From Carcharhinus amblyrhynchos (taxonomy: Eukaryota), in the NCBI GenBank assembly GCA_965287045.1, contig OZ336883.1:48360001-48424000 (forward strand): DNA of 64,000 nucleotides. The letters run 5' to 3'. Position 1 is the stretch's first letter, and each line of letters begins with the position of its first letter. Below are positions 12,736 through 25,399 of this stretch, piece by piece. Under the pieces are notes generated by a model. It was not told the origin of the DNA. It worked only from the letters and a program-made list of their open reading frames with translations, and ran no database searches. The position numbers were made by a program, and so were the translations under genes.

Positions 12736-15700
12736 GGGCCCAATTTTACCATTTGGAGTCTAAGAGCCAGATCCAGACGTAATACAGATCCAAGCCCGGA
12801 ATCCTCTTTGCAGCATGCCTATACGCTTTTTGCCAGCTGCAGTCCGATTCGTGCTGTAGGCGGGGCTGAGCACTGCTAGAATAATCGGAGCTGTGAACTG
12901 TGCATGCGCAATTAGAAAAACATTGGAAAAAGTGTGCCCACGTCAGATCCACTCCCGAACTGCAGAAAGTGAAGAAAGTAGCTCGAGAGCGACAAGCGGG
13001 AGCGAGTGTGTATCTCGGGGGGGGGGGCGGAGGGCAGATGGATCTCTATTGGGGGTGCAGGTGGGTCTCTGTTGGGGGGGGCAGGTGGATCTCTGGTGGG
13101 GGAGGCAGATGGATCTCTGGTGGTGGGGACGGGGCGGGGGGGGGTGTCCACTGCCACTCTGCAGGCGATTGGTGGGGGGTGGGGAGGAAGGGGGCAGGGT
13201 TGGCAGTCGGTCTGGGTAGTGGAGGGGGGGGGTGGTTTTTAGCTCTCAAGGATCTACTTCCATTCTTTCTTTTCTAGCCCAGAACTGTGTTTCACGGTGA
13301 GGGTTTTCTCTGGAGATCTGTCCTCAAGTGCAAGCTGGGTGAATCTGCCAACAGCATTTCAAATTTGCACCGAGGAATGTGTGTGGGAGCTTGCACTTGG
13401 ACTGAAAGGAGCAGTGCAAGCTCCCACACACATTCCTCTTCTGTGGTTGGTCCCTTGTTGCTCTCTCTCCCTGACAAGTCCACGCCCCCCTCCATTACCC
13501 AGACTGACCGCCACCCCTGCCCCCCCCTCTGCCCACCACCCGCCTGCAGAGTGGCAGCGGACCCCCTGCCCCCAACCAGAGAGCCATCTGCCCCCCCCCA
13601 ACCTCCCAGAGAATGGCTTTACACCCCCCACCCAACAATGATCTCACTCACTCCCCAGACAACAATCTCGCCTCACTCTCTGCCCCCCAAAGAATGGTCT
13701 GGCCTTACTCCCCCTCCCCTCCAAAGGAACATCTGACCCGCCTCCTCCCCCAGACAATGATCAGCCCTCCCCCCAAACCAGACAATGATCAGCCCCCCCT
13801 CCCACCAGACAACGATCAGCGCCCCCTCCCACCAGACAATGATCAGCCCTCCCCCCCACCAGACAATGATCAGCCCCCCCACCACCAGACAATGATCAGC
13901 CCCCCCCACCACCAGACAATGATCAGCCCCCCCCACCACCAGACAATGATCAGCCCCCCCCACCACCACCAGACAATGATCAGCCCCCCCCCCCACCACC
14001 AGACAATGATCAGCCCCCCCCCCACCACCAGACAATGATCAGCCCCCCCACCACCACCAGACAATGATCACCCCCCCACCACCAGACAATGATCAGCCCC
14101 CCCCCACCACCAGACAACGATCAGCCCCCCCCACCACCAGACAACGATCAGCCCCCCCACCACCAGACAATGATCAGCCCCTCCCACCAGACAATGATCA
14201 CCCCCCCCACCACCAGACAATGGTGATCAGCCCCCCCCCACCAGACAATGATCAGCACTCCCCCCACCACCAGACAATGATCAGCCCCCCCCCCACCACC
14301 AGACAATGATCAGCCCCCCCCCCCACCACCAGACAATGATCAGCCCCCCCCCCCACCACCAGACAATGATCAGCCCCCCCACCACCACCAGACAATGATC
14401 ACCCCCCCACCACCAGACAATGATCAGCCCCCCCCCACCACCAGACAATGATCAGCCCCCCCCACCACCAGACAATGATCACCCCCCCCACCACCAGACA
14501 ATGATCAGCCCCTCCCACCAGACAATGATCACCCCCCCCACCACCAGACAATGGTGATCAGCCCCCCCCCACCAGACAATGATCAGCACTCCCCCCACCA
14601 CCAGACAATGATCACCCCCCCCACCACCAGACAATGATCAGCCCCCCCCACCAGACAATGATCAGCCCCCCCCCCACCACCAGACAATGATCAGCCCCCC
14701 CCACCACCAGACAATGATCTGCCCCCCCACCACCAGACAATGATCAGCCCCCCCACCACCAGACAATGATCAGCCCCCCCACCACCAGACAATGATCAGC
14801 CCCCCCACCACCAGACAATGATCAGCCCCCCCTCCCACCAGACAATGATCACCCCCCCCACCACCAGACAATGGTGATCAGCCCCCCCCCACCAGACAAT
14901 GATCAGCACCCCCCCCACCACCAGACAATGATCACCCCCCCCACCACCAGACAATGATCAGCCCCCCCCACCAGACAATGATCAGCCCCCCCCCCACCAC
15001 CAGACAATGATCAGCCCCCCCCCCACCACCAGACAATGATCAGCCCCCCCCCACCACCAGACAATGATCTGCCCCCCCACCACCAGACAATGATCAGCCC
15101 CCCCACCACCAGACAATGATCAGCCCCCCCACCACCAGACAATGATCAGCCCTCCCCCCCACCAGACAATGATCAGCCCTCCCCCCCCACCACCAGACAA
15201 TGATCAGCCCCCCCCCCCCAACCAGACAATGATCAGCCCTCCCCCCCCACCGGACAATGATCAGCCCCCCCCACCACCAGACAATGATCAGCCCTCCCCA
15301 CCACCAGACAATGATCAGCCCTCCCCACCACCAGACAATGATCAGCCCCCCCCACCACCAGACAATGATCAGCCCCCCCACCAGACAATGATCAGCCCCC
15401 CCCACCACCAGACAATGATCAGCCCCCCCACCACCAGACAATGATCAGCCCCCCCCACCACCAGACAATGATCAGCCCCCCCCACCACCAGACAATGATC
15501 AGCCCCCCCCACCACCAGACAATGATCAGCCCCCCCCACCACCAGACAATGATCAGCCCCCCCCACCACCAGACAATGATCAGCCCCCCCACCACCAGAC
15601 AATGATCAGCCCCCCCACCAGACAATGATCAGCCCTCCCCACCACCAGACAATGATCAGCCCCCCCCCCACCACCAGACAATGATCAGCCCTCCCCCACC

Positions 15701-16771
15701 ACCAGACAATGATCAGCCCCCCCCACCACCAGACAATGATCAGCCCTCCCCCCCACCAGACAATGATCAGCCCCCCCCCCACCAGACAATGATCAGCCCC
15801 CCCACCACCAGACAATGATCAGCCCCCCCACCAGACAATGATCAGCCCTCCCCCCCACCACCACCAGACAATGATCAGCCCCCCACCAGACAATGATCAG
15901 CCCTCCCCACCACCAGACAATGATCAGCCCCCCCCCCACCACCAGACAATGATCAGCCCTCCCCCACCACCAGACAATGATCAGCCCCCCCCCACCAGAC
16001 AATGATCAGCCCTCCCCCCACCACCAGACAATGATCAGCCCTCCCCCCCCACCAGACAATGATCAGCCCCCCCCCACCAGACAATGATCAGCCCTCCCCC
16101 CACCACCAGACAATGATCAGCCCTCCCCCCCCACCACCAGACAATGATCAGCCCCCCCACTACCAGATAATGATCAGCCCTCCCCCCCACCACCAGACAA
16201 TGATCAGCACCCCCCCCACCACCAGACAATGATCAGCCCTCCCCCCCACCAGACAATGATCAGCCCTCCCCCCCACCACTAAACAATGATCAGCTCTCCC
16301 TCCCCCCCACCACCAGACAACGATATGACCTCACTCCCCTCCTCCCCCTCCAACTAGAGAATGACCTGACCTGCCTTCCCTCCTCCTCCCCCCACCCCCC
16401 CCAGCCCCCACCCAGAGGATGACCTGGGTCAGAGAGCCATTGCAGACTCTAAATCTGCTTTGGAGGCTCTCCTGCAAAATAAAAATCGGCTTTGGAATTT
16501 TATTTTGCAGGCCGCTTGCAGAGCAGATCCGGAACGGACCAGAAGAAGGTGAAGTGGGATTTGGTGGGAGAGTTGGGTGCGCGGTTCATTAAATCAATTT
16601 AAATGTATGCTAGTGCATTTAAATTGTCAGGCCGCCCATTTCAGGTGTGGACCAGATCCACATCCAAATCAGGTGTCAGTAAAACTGCAATCTGCTCAGA
16701 TTCAGGTGCAGATCGCATTAAAGGCCGAACGCCCAAATTTCAGGCACAAATTTTTGGTAAAATCGGACCCT
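12736..16771. mobile_element. Long TIR element (Harbinger-like MITE) containing an internal inverted duplication and a minisatellite
   Basis: TIRs gggcccaattttacca / tggtaaaatcggaccc; both end regions align with the inverted copy at 58230-59198. Confidence 0.7.
13750..16330. repeat. Minisatellite, unit (CCA)1-3GACAATGATCAG(C)n of about 22-30 bp, roughly 90-100 copies (estimate)
   Basis: Directly visible tandem array with the near-invariant core CCAGACAATGATCA and variable C-runs. Confidence 0.97.
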
Positions 16772-16909
16772 AGGAGTGTTCCCTTCCTCAAGTACTGCCC
16801 CCCTCTCCTTCTCATCTACTTTCATCACCTCTTATCTCAAAAGAAACCAACCCTTTCCCTCTATTTCTCTGTAAACTACTGCCTTATCCCCAATCTCCCT
16901 TTAGAAAGG

Positions 16910-17410
16910 AAGGCTGTGAATGCATTGGAGAGTATAGAAGAAGTTTACATGAATAATTCCAGGGAGGAGAAATTTCAGTTATGAGGACAGATTGGAGAGG
17001 ATGGGTCTATCCTCCTGAGAGACAAGAAGGCTAATAAAAGATTTGATAATGATGTTCAAAATCATGAAAGGGCTGGACAGAGTAAATAGGGAGAGTGTTC
17101 CACTTGTAAACAGATCAAGAACAATAGAGCACAGATTTAGATTGATTTGCAAAAGAAGTAAATGTGATGAGAATAAGTTATTTCCCATAACAAATGGTTT
17201 GGGTCTGGAATACCCTGCCTGGAAGTGTGGTGAATGCAGGTTGAATCAAGGCGTTCAGGAGGCCATTAGCTAATTACTCGAATAGAAACCATGTGCAGGG
17301 TTACGGAGAAAAGGCAGGAGAATGGCATAAAGTCACAATGCTCATTTGGAGAGCTAGTATATACATGATGGGCCAAATGGCCTCCTTCTGTACTGTAACA
17401 ATTCTGTGAC
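16910..17410 (+). mobile_element. CR1 LINE 3' end
   Basis: MFKIMKGLDRVNRE..P..SRTIEHRFRL followed by the tail gatgggccaaatggcctccttctgtactgtaacaattctg. Confidence 0.85.
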
Positions 17411-17419
17411 CCTGTCCAA

Positions 17420-18160
17420 GTTCCTTGACCTTTTCATTGCCTTGCAAACTTCTAGACACACCATCACTACCTATTTCACCCTTTGTAACATCACCCAACT
17501 TTGACCTTGCCACACTTTATCTACTGAAAGTCAAATCCATGCCTTTATTACCTCTAGACTTGATTATTCCCATGTTGACCACCCACTGTTATTCAAAATT
17601 CTGTTAACCACATCCTAACATGTATCAAGTCCCACTCTTCTCTATGATCTCTAATCTGCAATGCCTCCCAGTAAAATGATGCTTCAATATTAACATTTTC
17701 ATCCTTGTTTTCAAATGGCTTCATGGCCTTACCCCTCCCTATGTCTATAATCTTTTCCAATTCAACAACCCATCTATATCTCTGCATTCTACAGGTTCTG
17801 GCCTCTGCAGCATTCTCAATTGTAATCACTGCATCATTGGCACATCTTCAGTTCATAGGCCCTAAACCTTGGAATTCCCTCCCTGCATCTCCCTGACTCT
17901 CTTCTTTTCTTTAGTTTTCACCTTAAAACCTATTTCCTTGACCAAGCTTTTGCTCACATAATACCTCCTTATGTAAGTTTGACTTAAATTTTCTGTTTGA
18001 CAATCCAACAAATGACTGCTTGACTTCAGAGGGTAATTTCCAGTTCCACTGGAAAACCCCATCTTTAGAGTCTAAATACATTCCATAATGCTCCTTTGAA
18101 TTGCCTTGTGATGTTCTACTTTGTTAAAGATGCTACATAAATGCAAGCTGTTATTTTGTC
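17420..18160 (+). mobile_element. L2-like LINE 3' fragment
   Basis: catccttgttttcaaat..catggcctt..ccctaaaccttggaattccctccc...gatgctacataaatgcaag tail. Confidence 0.65.
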
Positions 18161-18164
18161 CTAG

Positions 18165-19890
18165 GGACATATGTAAAGACCTCCGCTGACTATGGGAAGA
18201 TCTGCAAGGCATAACGGGCTACAAGATGAAGGCGTGTAAAATCACCGACTCCAACGCACTCCTCCCTGATGAGCACAATGCATTCTACACCCATTTTGAG
18301 CAAAAGGTCAGCAGGAGCATGCCCTGCACCTTGGAAGCCCTGGATGAACCTGTATCTGGGGTCACCAATGCAGATGGCAGAGCAGCTTTCTCAAAGGTCA
18401 ATCCACAGAAAGCGACTGGCCCAGATGGGGTACCCGGATGAACACTCAGATCCTGTGCGGAACAGCTGGCAGGAGTATTCGCAGACATCTTCAAACTCTC
18501 TTTGTAACAATCAGGGGTCCCTATCTGCTTCAAGAAGACGACCATCATCCCAGTACCTAAGAAAGACCAAGTAGCATGCCTTAATAACTATCGGCTGGTG
18601 GTTCTGACATCCATCATTATGAAGTGTTTCGAAAGGCTAGTCATGGCACAAATCAATTCCAGCCTCCCTGACTACCTGGATCCACTACAGTTTGTCTATC
18701 TGCAATAGGTCCACAGCAGACGCCAGCTCCCTGGCCCTGCACTCAACCCCGGAACATCAAGATAACAAGAACACCCATGTCAGACGCCGATATATTGACT
18801 ACAGCTCAGGCTTCAACACCATTATTCCCACAAACTCATCTCCAAACTCTGTGGCCTGGGCCCCAGCACCTTCCTCTGTGACTGGATCCTGATTCACAGA
18901 TCACAATCAGTAAGGATAGGCAACAACACCTCCTTCATGATCATCCCCAACACCGATGCCCCACAAGGCTGTGTTCTCAGCCCCCTACTATACTCCTTAT
19001 ACACCTATGACTGTGTGGCCAAACTCCCCTCCAATTTGATTTTCAAGTTTGCTGACGACACCACTATAGTGGGTCGGATCTCAAACAATGACGAGACAGA
19101 GTACAGGAATAAGATAGAGAATCTAGTGAACTGGTATGTGACAACAATAATCTCTCTCTCGAAGTCAACAAAACAAAGGAGATTGTCATTGAAGCATAAA
19201 GGAGAACATACCCCTGTCTACATCAACAGGGACAAAGTAGAAAGGTTCGAGAGCTTCAGGTTTTAGGTGTCCAGATCACCAACAACCTGTCCTGGTCCCC
19301 CCCATGCCGACATTATAGTTAAGAAAGCTCATCAATGACTCTACTTTCTCAGAAAACTAAGGAAATTTGTCACATTAGCTACAACTCTCACCAACTTTTA
19401 CAGATGCACCATCGAAAGTATTCTTTCTGGCTGTATCACAGCTTGATTTGGCTCCTGATCTGCCCAAGCCCACAAGGAACTACGAAAGGTCATGTATGTA
19501 GCCCAATCCATCATGCAAACTAGCCTCCCATCCATTGACTCTGTCTACACTTCCCGCTCCTTAGCAAAGCAGCCAGCATAATTAAGGACCCCATGCTCAT
19601 AGACATTCTCTTTTCCAGCTTCTTCCATTGGGAAAAAGATACAAGAGTCCAAGGTCATGCACCAACCACCTCAAGTACAGCTTCTTCCGGCTGCTGTCAG
19701 ACTTATAAATGGACTCAGCCTGCATTAAGTTGATCTTTCTCTGCATCTTAACTATGACTGTAACACTACATTCTGCACCCTCTCGCTTCCTTCTCTATGA
19801 ACGGTATGCTTTGTCTGTATAGCACGCAAACAACAATACTTTCCACTGTATGTTAATATATGGGACAATAATAAATCAAATCAAATCAAA
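18165..19890 (+). mobile_element. Rex1/Babar-type non-LTR retrotransposon, 5'-truncated, disrupted RT
   Basis: KATGPDGVPG, PQGCVLSPLLYSLYTYDC and KFADDTTIVGRISNNDETEYR with in-frame stops; (ATCAA)n tail at about 19874-19889. Confidence 0.88.
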
Positions 19891-20029
19891 AGGAGCAGGA
19901 CTTTCAGCCATTTCCACTTGCTCCACTATTCAATGAGATTATGGCTGATCTGTAATTTAACTCCATCCACTAGCCATAGCTCCATATCCCGTAATACCCT
20001 TGCCTAACAAAAGCTGATCTGTAACAGAC

Positions 20030-20390
20030 CTGGGGGGCGATTCTCAGCACAGTGGGTCAGGAGGCTCAAGCAGGCTTCTCGCTGAGTGCAACGGCTTATC
20101 TGAGACTCCAGCCACTGGATTTCCAGCACTGTCAGCTCTGTATCAGAAATCAGTGCAGAGATGCATAAATTATTATATTGAGGATCTACATATAATTAGT
20201 GGGCCAAGGATTGAAATCTCTGGGCCTGCTGGAGTCTCCATTCCAGCCAAGAGTGTTTCACTGCGGTGGGGTTTACAATAGCTCCCTACTAATGGGAAGC
20301 TGGCGGCTCAAACCCACTGGAGTGAAGGTGGGGGGGGCCATCGAAGCCCTCGGAGGGTTGGGGTAAGGAGGAGTGCCCTGTAGGAGCCTT
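20030..20390. mobile_element. Harbinger-like MITE fragment
   Basis: gggggcgattctc terminus preceded by aacagac-ctg; internal motifs shared with 53229-53846. Confidence 0.55.
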
Positions 20391-20511
20391 TTGGAAGGCC
20401 AAAAGGACTCATGGAGATTAATTACATTTGAAGACATATTTGACACATATGCTACACCCCTCCAATCTATACTTAAAATTGCAAGTTTAATTGTTTCCAT
20501 AAATCTGTCAT

Positions 20512-21178
20512 TATAAGAACATAAGAAATAGGAGCAGGAGTTGGCCATCTATCCCTTCGAGCCTGCCCCGCCATTCAATAAAATCATGGCTGATCTGAAG
20601 TGGATCAGTTCCACTTTCCTGCTTTCTCCCCATAACCCTTAATTCCCTTATCTGTCAAAAACTTACCTACCCATGACTTAAATATATTTAGCAAGGTAGC
20701 CTCCACCACTTCAACGGGCAGAGATTTCCAGAGATTCACCACTCTTTGAGTGAAGAAGTTCCTTCTCAACTCCATTCTAAACTGCCCCCCCCTTATCTTG
20801 AGGCTGTGCCCTCTAACTCTGCTGTCCTTCCTGGGCGGGAAGAATCTCTCCACCTCTACCCTATCCATCCCTTTCATTATCTTATACAACTCAATAAGAT
20901 CCCCCCTCATCCTTCTAAATTCCAATGAGTACAGACCCAGTCTATTTAGTCTCTCTTCATAGTCCAACCCCCTCATCTCCGGTATCAGCCGAGTGAACCT
21001 CCTCTGCACTCCCTCCAAGGCCAAAATATCCTTGCGCAAGTGCGGCGACCAAAACTGCACACAATACTCCAGCTGCGGCCTCACCAATGCCCTGTACAGT
21101 TGCAGCAAGACCTCCCTACTTTTATATTCTATCCCCCTCGCTGTGAAGGCCAGCACTCCATTCGCCTTCTTGATCACA
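20512..21178 (-). mobile_element. Young 5'-truncated CR1 LINE
   Basis: Uninterrupted 190-aa ORF2 C-terminus (LYRALVRPQLEYCVQFWSP..RRNFFTQRVVNLW), 3' UTR and tandem tail (taagaaca). Confidence 0.92.
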
Positions 21179-22616
21179 AACGAATTCTTGATTATAAACG
21201 AACACGGGCACGAGTTTCAGAATGGTTTGCTGAAATAGTTAACTTTCCTACAGATCCCAAGTGGAACTTAACACGCAATATAGAGAAAGCCGCAGCTCAT
21301 AAATTTTAAACCTTCCACTTCCACATTCTTAAAGAGACAGAGCTCAAAATTTCTGTCAAATCAAAAAAAAATTCATAATCTTCAATGTATATAAATTCTT
21401 AATTACCATATTAGGAACAAAAAATGGTGAAATCACTGCCAGTTAAAAGCGCAAAAGATAAAACAAATATGCCATCACATTTTCTTCAGACTAAGACAAA
21501 GGAAAGAGCGCATGTCTCCCTTAAATCACAGTTTGAACTCAAGATTGTTCAAAGTTCAAATTGATTATTTTCAAACTCCAAGTTATATATTCTGAATTTG
21601 AAATTTCAATTTTCACTGATTGTGTTCAAAGTAACTTTCCACACATATATATTACATGTGTATGTGCAAGGGCTCTTATTAAACTACCTTCTATCCTATA
21701 TCTCTTGAGAACAACTGTGGCCATCGATTATACTCAAGATTAAGGAATTTCAAAATCTTGTCTTATTTCATATACGCTTTAATCCATCCCAATTCCCATT
21801 TGATTTTAAACTCTGTATCAAACCTATTATTGTAAAATCTCAATTAGGGAAAAAAAAATTAAAGCCTTAAAGCAAACAACATAATGAAAATATCCACCCA
21901 AGTACTTTGTTAAACACACATGTAAACACAAATGGAAGTTTTCAATCATTCATTCCATAGCACTTCCCTTTCATTTGATCTCAACATTCTAAACTGGAAC
22001 AAAAATTGGACAGTGCCAAGGGTTCAGGCCACAGAGCGTGGATCCTATTGGGGATGGAGCCTCAGGGGGCAATTGCTGAGGGTGGGGGGAGGGGAGTTGG
22101 GGGGTTAAACTTTTGCACCCTTGTAATTGTCATTTCAGCCTTGGGAAAAAGCTTCCAACTGTTCATCTTTTCTATGCCTTTATAATTTTATAAACTTCTA
22201 TCAGGTCGCTCTTCAGCCTCTGTCTTTTCAGGGAGCACAATTTTCCAGCCTATCAATACCCTGCTGTATTCTCTGACAATTTTCATCATTACCCGCAACT
22301 CTGCCAATCTTAGTATCATCCGCAAACTTGCTAATCAGACCAGCTACTTTTTCTTCCAAGTCATTTATACATATTACAAACAACAGAGGCCCCAGCACTG
22401 ATGCCTGTGGAACACCACTAATTACAGACCTCCATTCAGAAAAACATCTTTCCACTGCTACCTTTTGTCTTCTATGGCCAAGCCAGCTCTGAATCCATCT
22501 AGATAGTTCATCTTTGATCATGTGTTATTTAACCTTTTGCACCAGCCTGCCATGAGGAGCCTTGTCAAATGCTTTACTAAAGTCCATGTAGACAACATCC
22601 ATGGCCCTTCCTTTAG

Positions 22617-22856
22617 GGGCAGCACGGTAGCACAATGGTTAGCACTGCTGCTGCACAGCACCAGGGACCCAGATTTAATTCACAGCTTGGATCACTATCT
22701 GTGTGGAGTTTGCACATTCTCCCCTGCATGGGTTTCCTACAGGTGTTTCAGTTTCCTCCCATATTCTGAAAGACGTGCATTGACCTGAACAGGTGCCGGA
22801 CTGTAACTTCACTGCAGTGTTAATGTAAACCTTACCTGTGACTAATAAATAAACTT
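22617..22856 (+). mobile_element. tRNA-derived V-SINE-like element nested in CR1
   Basis: gggcagcacggtagcacaatggttagcactgctg head, V-like core, tail gtgactaataaataaact; same subfamily as 35965-36215. Confidence 0.85.
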
Positions 22857-23080
22857 TGCCAATCGTTTTTGTCACTTTGTCAAAAAACTCAATCAAATTA
22901 GTGAGATATGACTTCCCTTGTACAAAACCATGCTGTCTGTCGCTAATAATACAATTCAATTCCAAATGTGTATAGATCCTTTCCCTAAGAATCTTCTCCA
23001 ACAGTGTCACTGACATCAAGTTAACTGGCCTATAATTACCCAGGTTATCCTTGCCATCCATCTTAAATAATGGGACAACA

Positions 23081-23788
23081 AATAATGGGAGGTATAATTT
23101 GGAGGTAAGAGGAAGGTTCTTTACGCAGAGAGTTGTGGGGGTCTGGAATGCGCTACCGAGTAGGGTGGTGGAGGCAGGAACGTTGGACTCGTTTAAGATG
23201 CAGTTAGATAGGCACATGAGTGAAACGAGAATGGAGGGATATGGTAGGGGCTATTAAATAGGGTTAAACCTCGGGAGACACCGGAAGGGCAGGCTGTATG
23301 ATTAATATTTTTTGTCTTTATTCCACAGGTGGAGGTCCACCTCGTGTCAAGCGAGGGGCATGCACACGGCGGGTCGTGCGTGGGCTGCTCTTGGAGGTTC
23401 CGGGAGTGGCCTAGTACTTCGTGTCGGTGTGTGTACTTGATCCTGGACCGATAGACGGGCTCCACAACAGCTCAGTGACTAGCACTGCTAGCTGTGCAGA
23501 TACATGGATTTGGGCCTGTGTCTGTGGGAGTTTGCGCATTCTCCCTGTGGTTGCGTGGGTTTCCTCCGGGCGCTCCGGTTTCCTCCCACACCCCAAAGAT
23601 GTGCTCTTAGGCTAATCGGTTTCCACCAAATTGACACTATTTCTTCCCTGAATCTGACTGAGTAGGGTCCCATTCGTAGACATGCAGGGTAGAATAGGTG
23701 TAGGGCGATGCGGCGGCGCGGGCTCGTTGGGCCGAAGGGCCTGTTTCCCGTGCTGGGTTGTTCTTTGTTCTTTGTTCTTTGTTCTTTG
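23081..23788 (+). mobile_element. CR1 3' end with a long 3' UTR containing a V-SINE core
   Basis: RGRFFTQRVVGVWNALP..FKMQLDRHM..GY* (stop 23257), then a V-domain gggtttcctccgggcgctccggtttcctcccac, then a (TTCTTTG)n tail. Confidence 0.85.
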
Positions 23789-25399
23789 TATTGACTATCC
23801 TCCAATCCTCTGGGACCTCACCTGTGGCCAACAAAGGAACAAAGATTTCTGTTAAAGACCCCGCAATTTTCTCTCTTATCTCCCTCAGCGATCTGGAATA
23901 GGTGCCATCTGGCCCTGGGGATTTGTCTGTTTTAAAGCATTTTAACACACCAACACTTCCTCCCTCGTAGTGATGACTTGATCTAGAGGGTTTACATACC
24001 TCCCAAGACACCATCAATCGACATATGAATATCCTTTCTGAATACCAACGCAAAGTATTCATTAAGGATCTCACTCACTCCCTTTGGTTCTATGTGTAAT
24101 TTCCCTCCTTTGTCCCTGAGTGAACCAATTCTCTCTCTAGCTACCCTCTTGTTCTTAGTATATATATAAAATGCCTTGGCATTCTTCTTAATCCTGCCAA
24201 GGACATTTTATGAGCCCCTAACTCCCTGTTTGAGTTCTTTTCTACTTTCTTGTACTCTTCAAGTGCTTCATCTGTTTTTAGTTGCCTAGACCTTATGTAT
24301 GCATCCTTTCTCTTTTTGACTAGACTCGCAATTTCTCTGGTCATCTATGGTTCCCGAATTCTGCCTTTCCTGCCTTTCCTTTTCACAGGCACATGCCTGT
24401 CCTGCAGTCCGATCAACTGCTCCTTAAAAGATTTCCACATGCCAGATGTGGATTTACCCTCAAACAGCATCTCCCAAATAACATCTTCCAAATCCTGCCT
24501 AATCCAGTTGTAGTTAGCCTTCCCTCAATTTAGCTCCTTAACCCAAGGACAACACTGAAGTTATCTGTGAAAGTGTCTCATAAACCCCAAACAATAATTT
24601 GGAACACTGGTTCTAAATGGTACACATTTGTTTGTACATATTTCCTCACATGTACATACATGTGAGGAACCAAGAACAATGCCATTGTATAAACAATTAG
24701 TAAACAACACTTGTTAAAGTAAAAGAAAAACACATGACAAGAAAGACTGAATTACACTATGACGCTCAAATATATTAATTTAAAATGCTGTTTTATTTGA
24801 AATAACCTTATATTTCCAAAATGCACCCACATTCCCAGAAATCACCGAGACACCCCTTTTCCCAAACTTCAGTAATTCTTTCACTTTAGTAATTCTATAA
24901 GTCAAATGCAGCTAATAGTTACTACACTGTACAGTTTAGGTGACCAAATCTGGGTAAATGTCTTTTCCTGATACAGTGAAGGCACAAAACTGTGCCTTTT
25001 AGAGGAGAACATCTCCAATCTGCTGTGGCTCTAAATGTTAGATGTAACAGGCCTCTGTCTGACTGTTGGATGGAAAACTAACCTGCCTCCCCAACAAGGG
25101 TGCTAGTAGGTATATTGTTCAATTTGTTTGACACTCCACCCCATGGATTGGGCTGTATACATCCCCCAAATTTCTTGCCTTTAGAAGTTATCATTTGTGG
25201 AGCTCCACTAATCTCTGTTAAACGTTTTTTCTGATGTGGAAGTTTGCATCTCAATTTCTCTAGATGTCTGCTAATCTTGTTACTTGTTTGTTATTTTGTT
25301 TTCATCTCATTTTTCAACTTTTAACCTTGTTAACTCCCCAGATTCTTAGTGGATGGGACCATTGTATATCCGGGCCATAGGGATGTCTGAGTGGGAATA

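Larger units (their letters stand above)
22135..24555 (-). mobile_element. CR1 LINE ORF2 (RT) relic with nested insertions
   Basis: KSPGPDG, GNYRPVNL, QHGFVQGKSYLTNLIEFF, SGVPQASVLGPLLF and ISKFADDTKIG in order on the minus strand; interrupted at 22617-22856 and 23081-23788. Confidence 0.9.

Noticed and set aside
13750-16330. CRISPR-like array, and Pro-rich or Gly/Trp-rich ORFs
   Set aside because: The spacers are only C-runs, there are no cas genes and the context is vertebrate. The ORFs are translations of the minisatellite.
20605-21177. 190-aa ORF as a host gene
   Set aside because: It is the C-terminus of CR1 ORF2, followed by a LINE tail.
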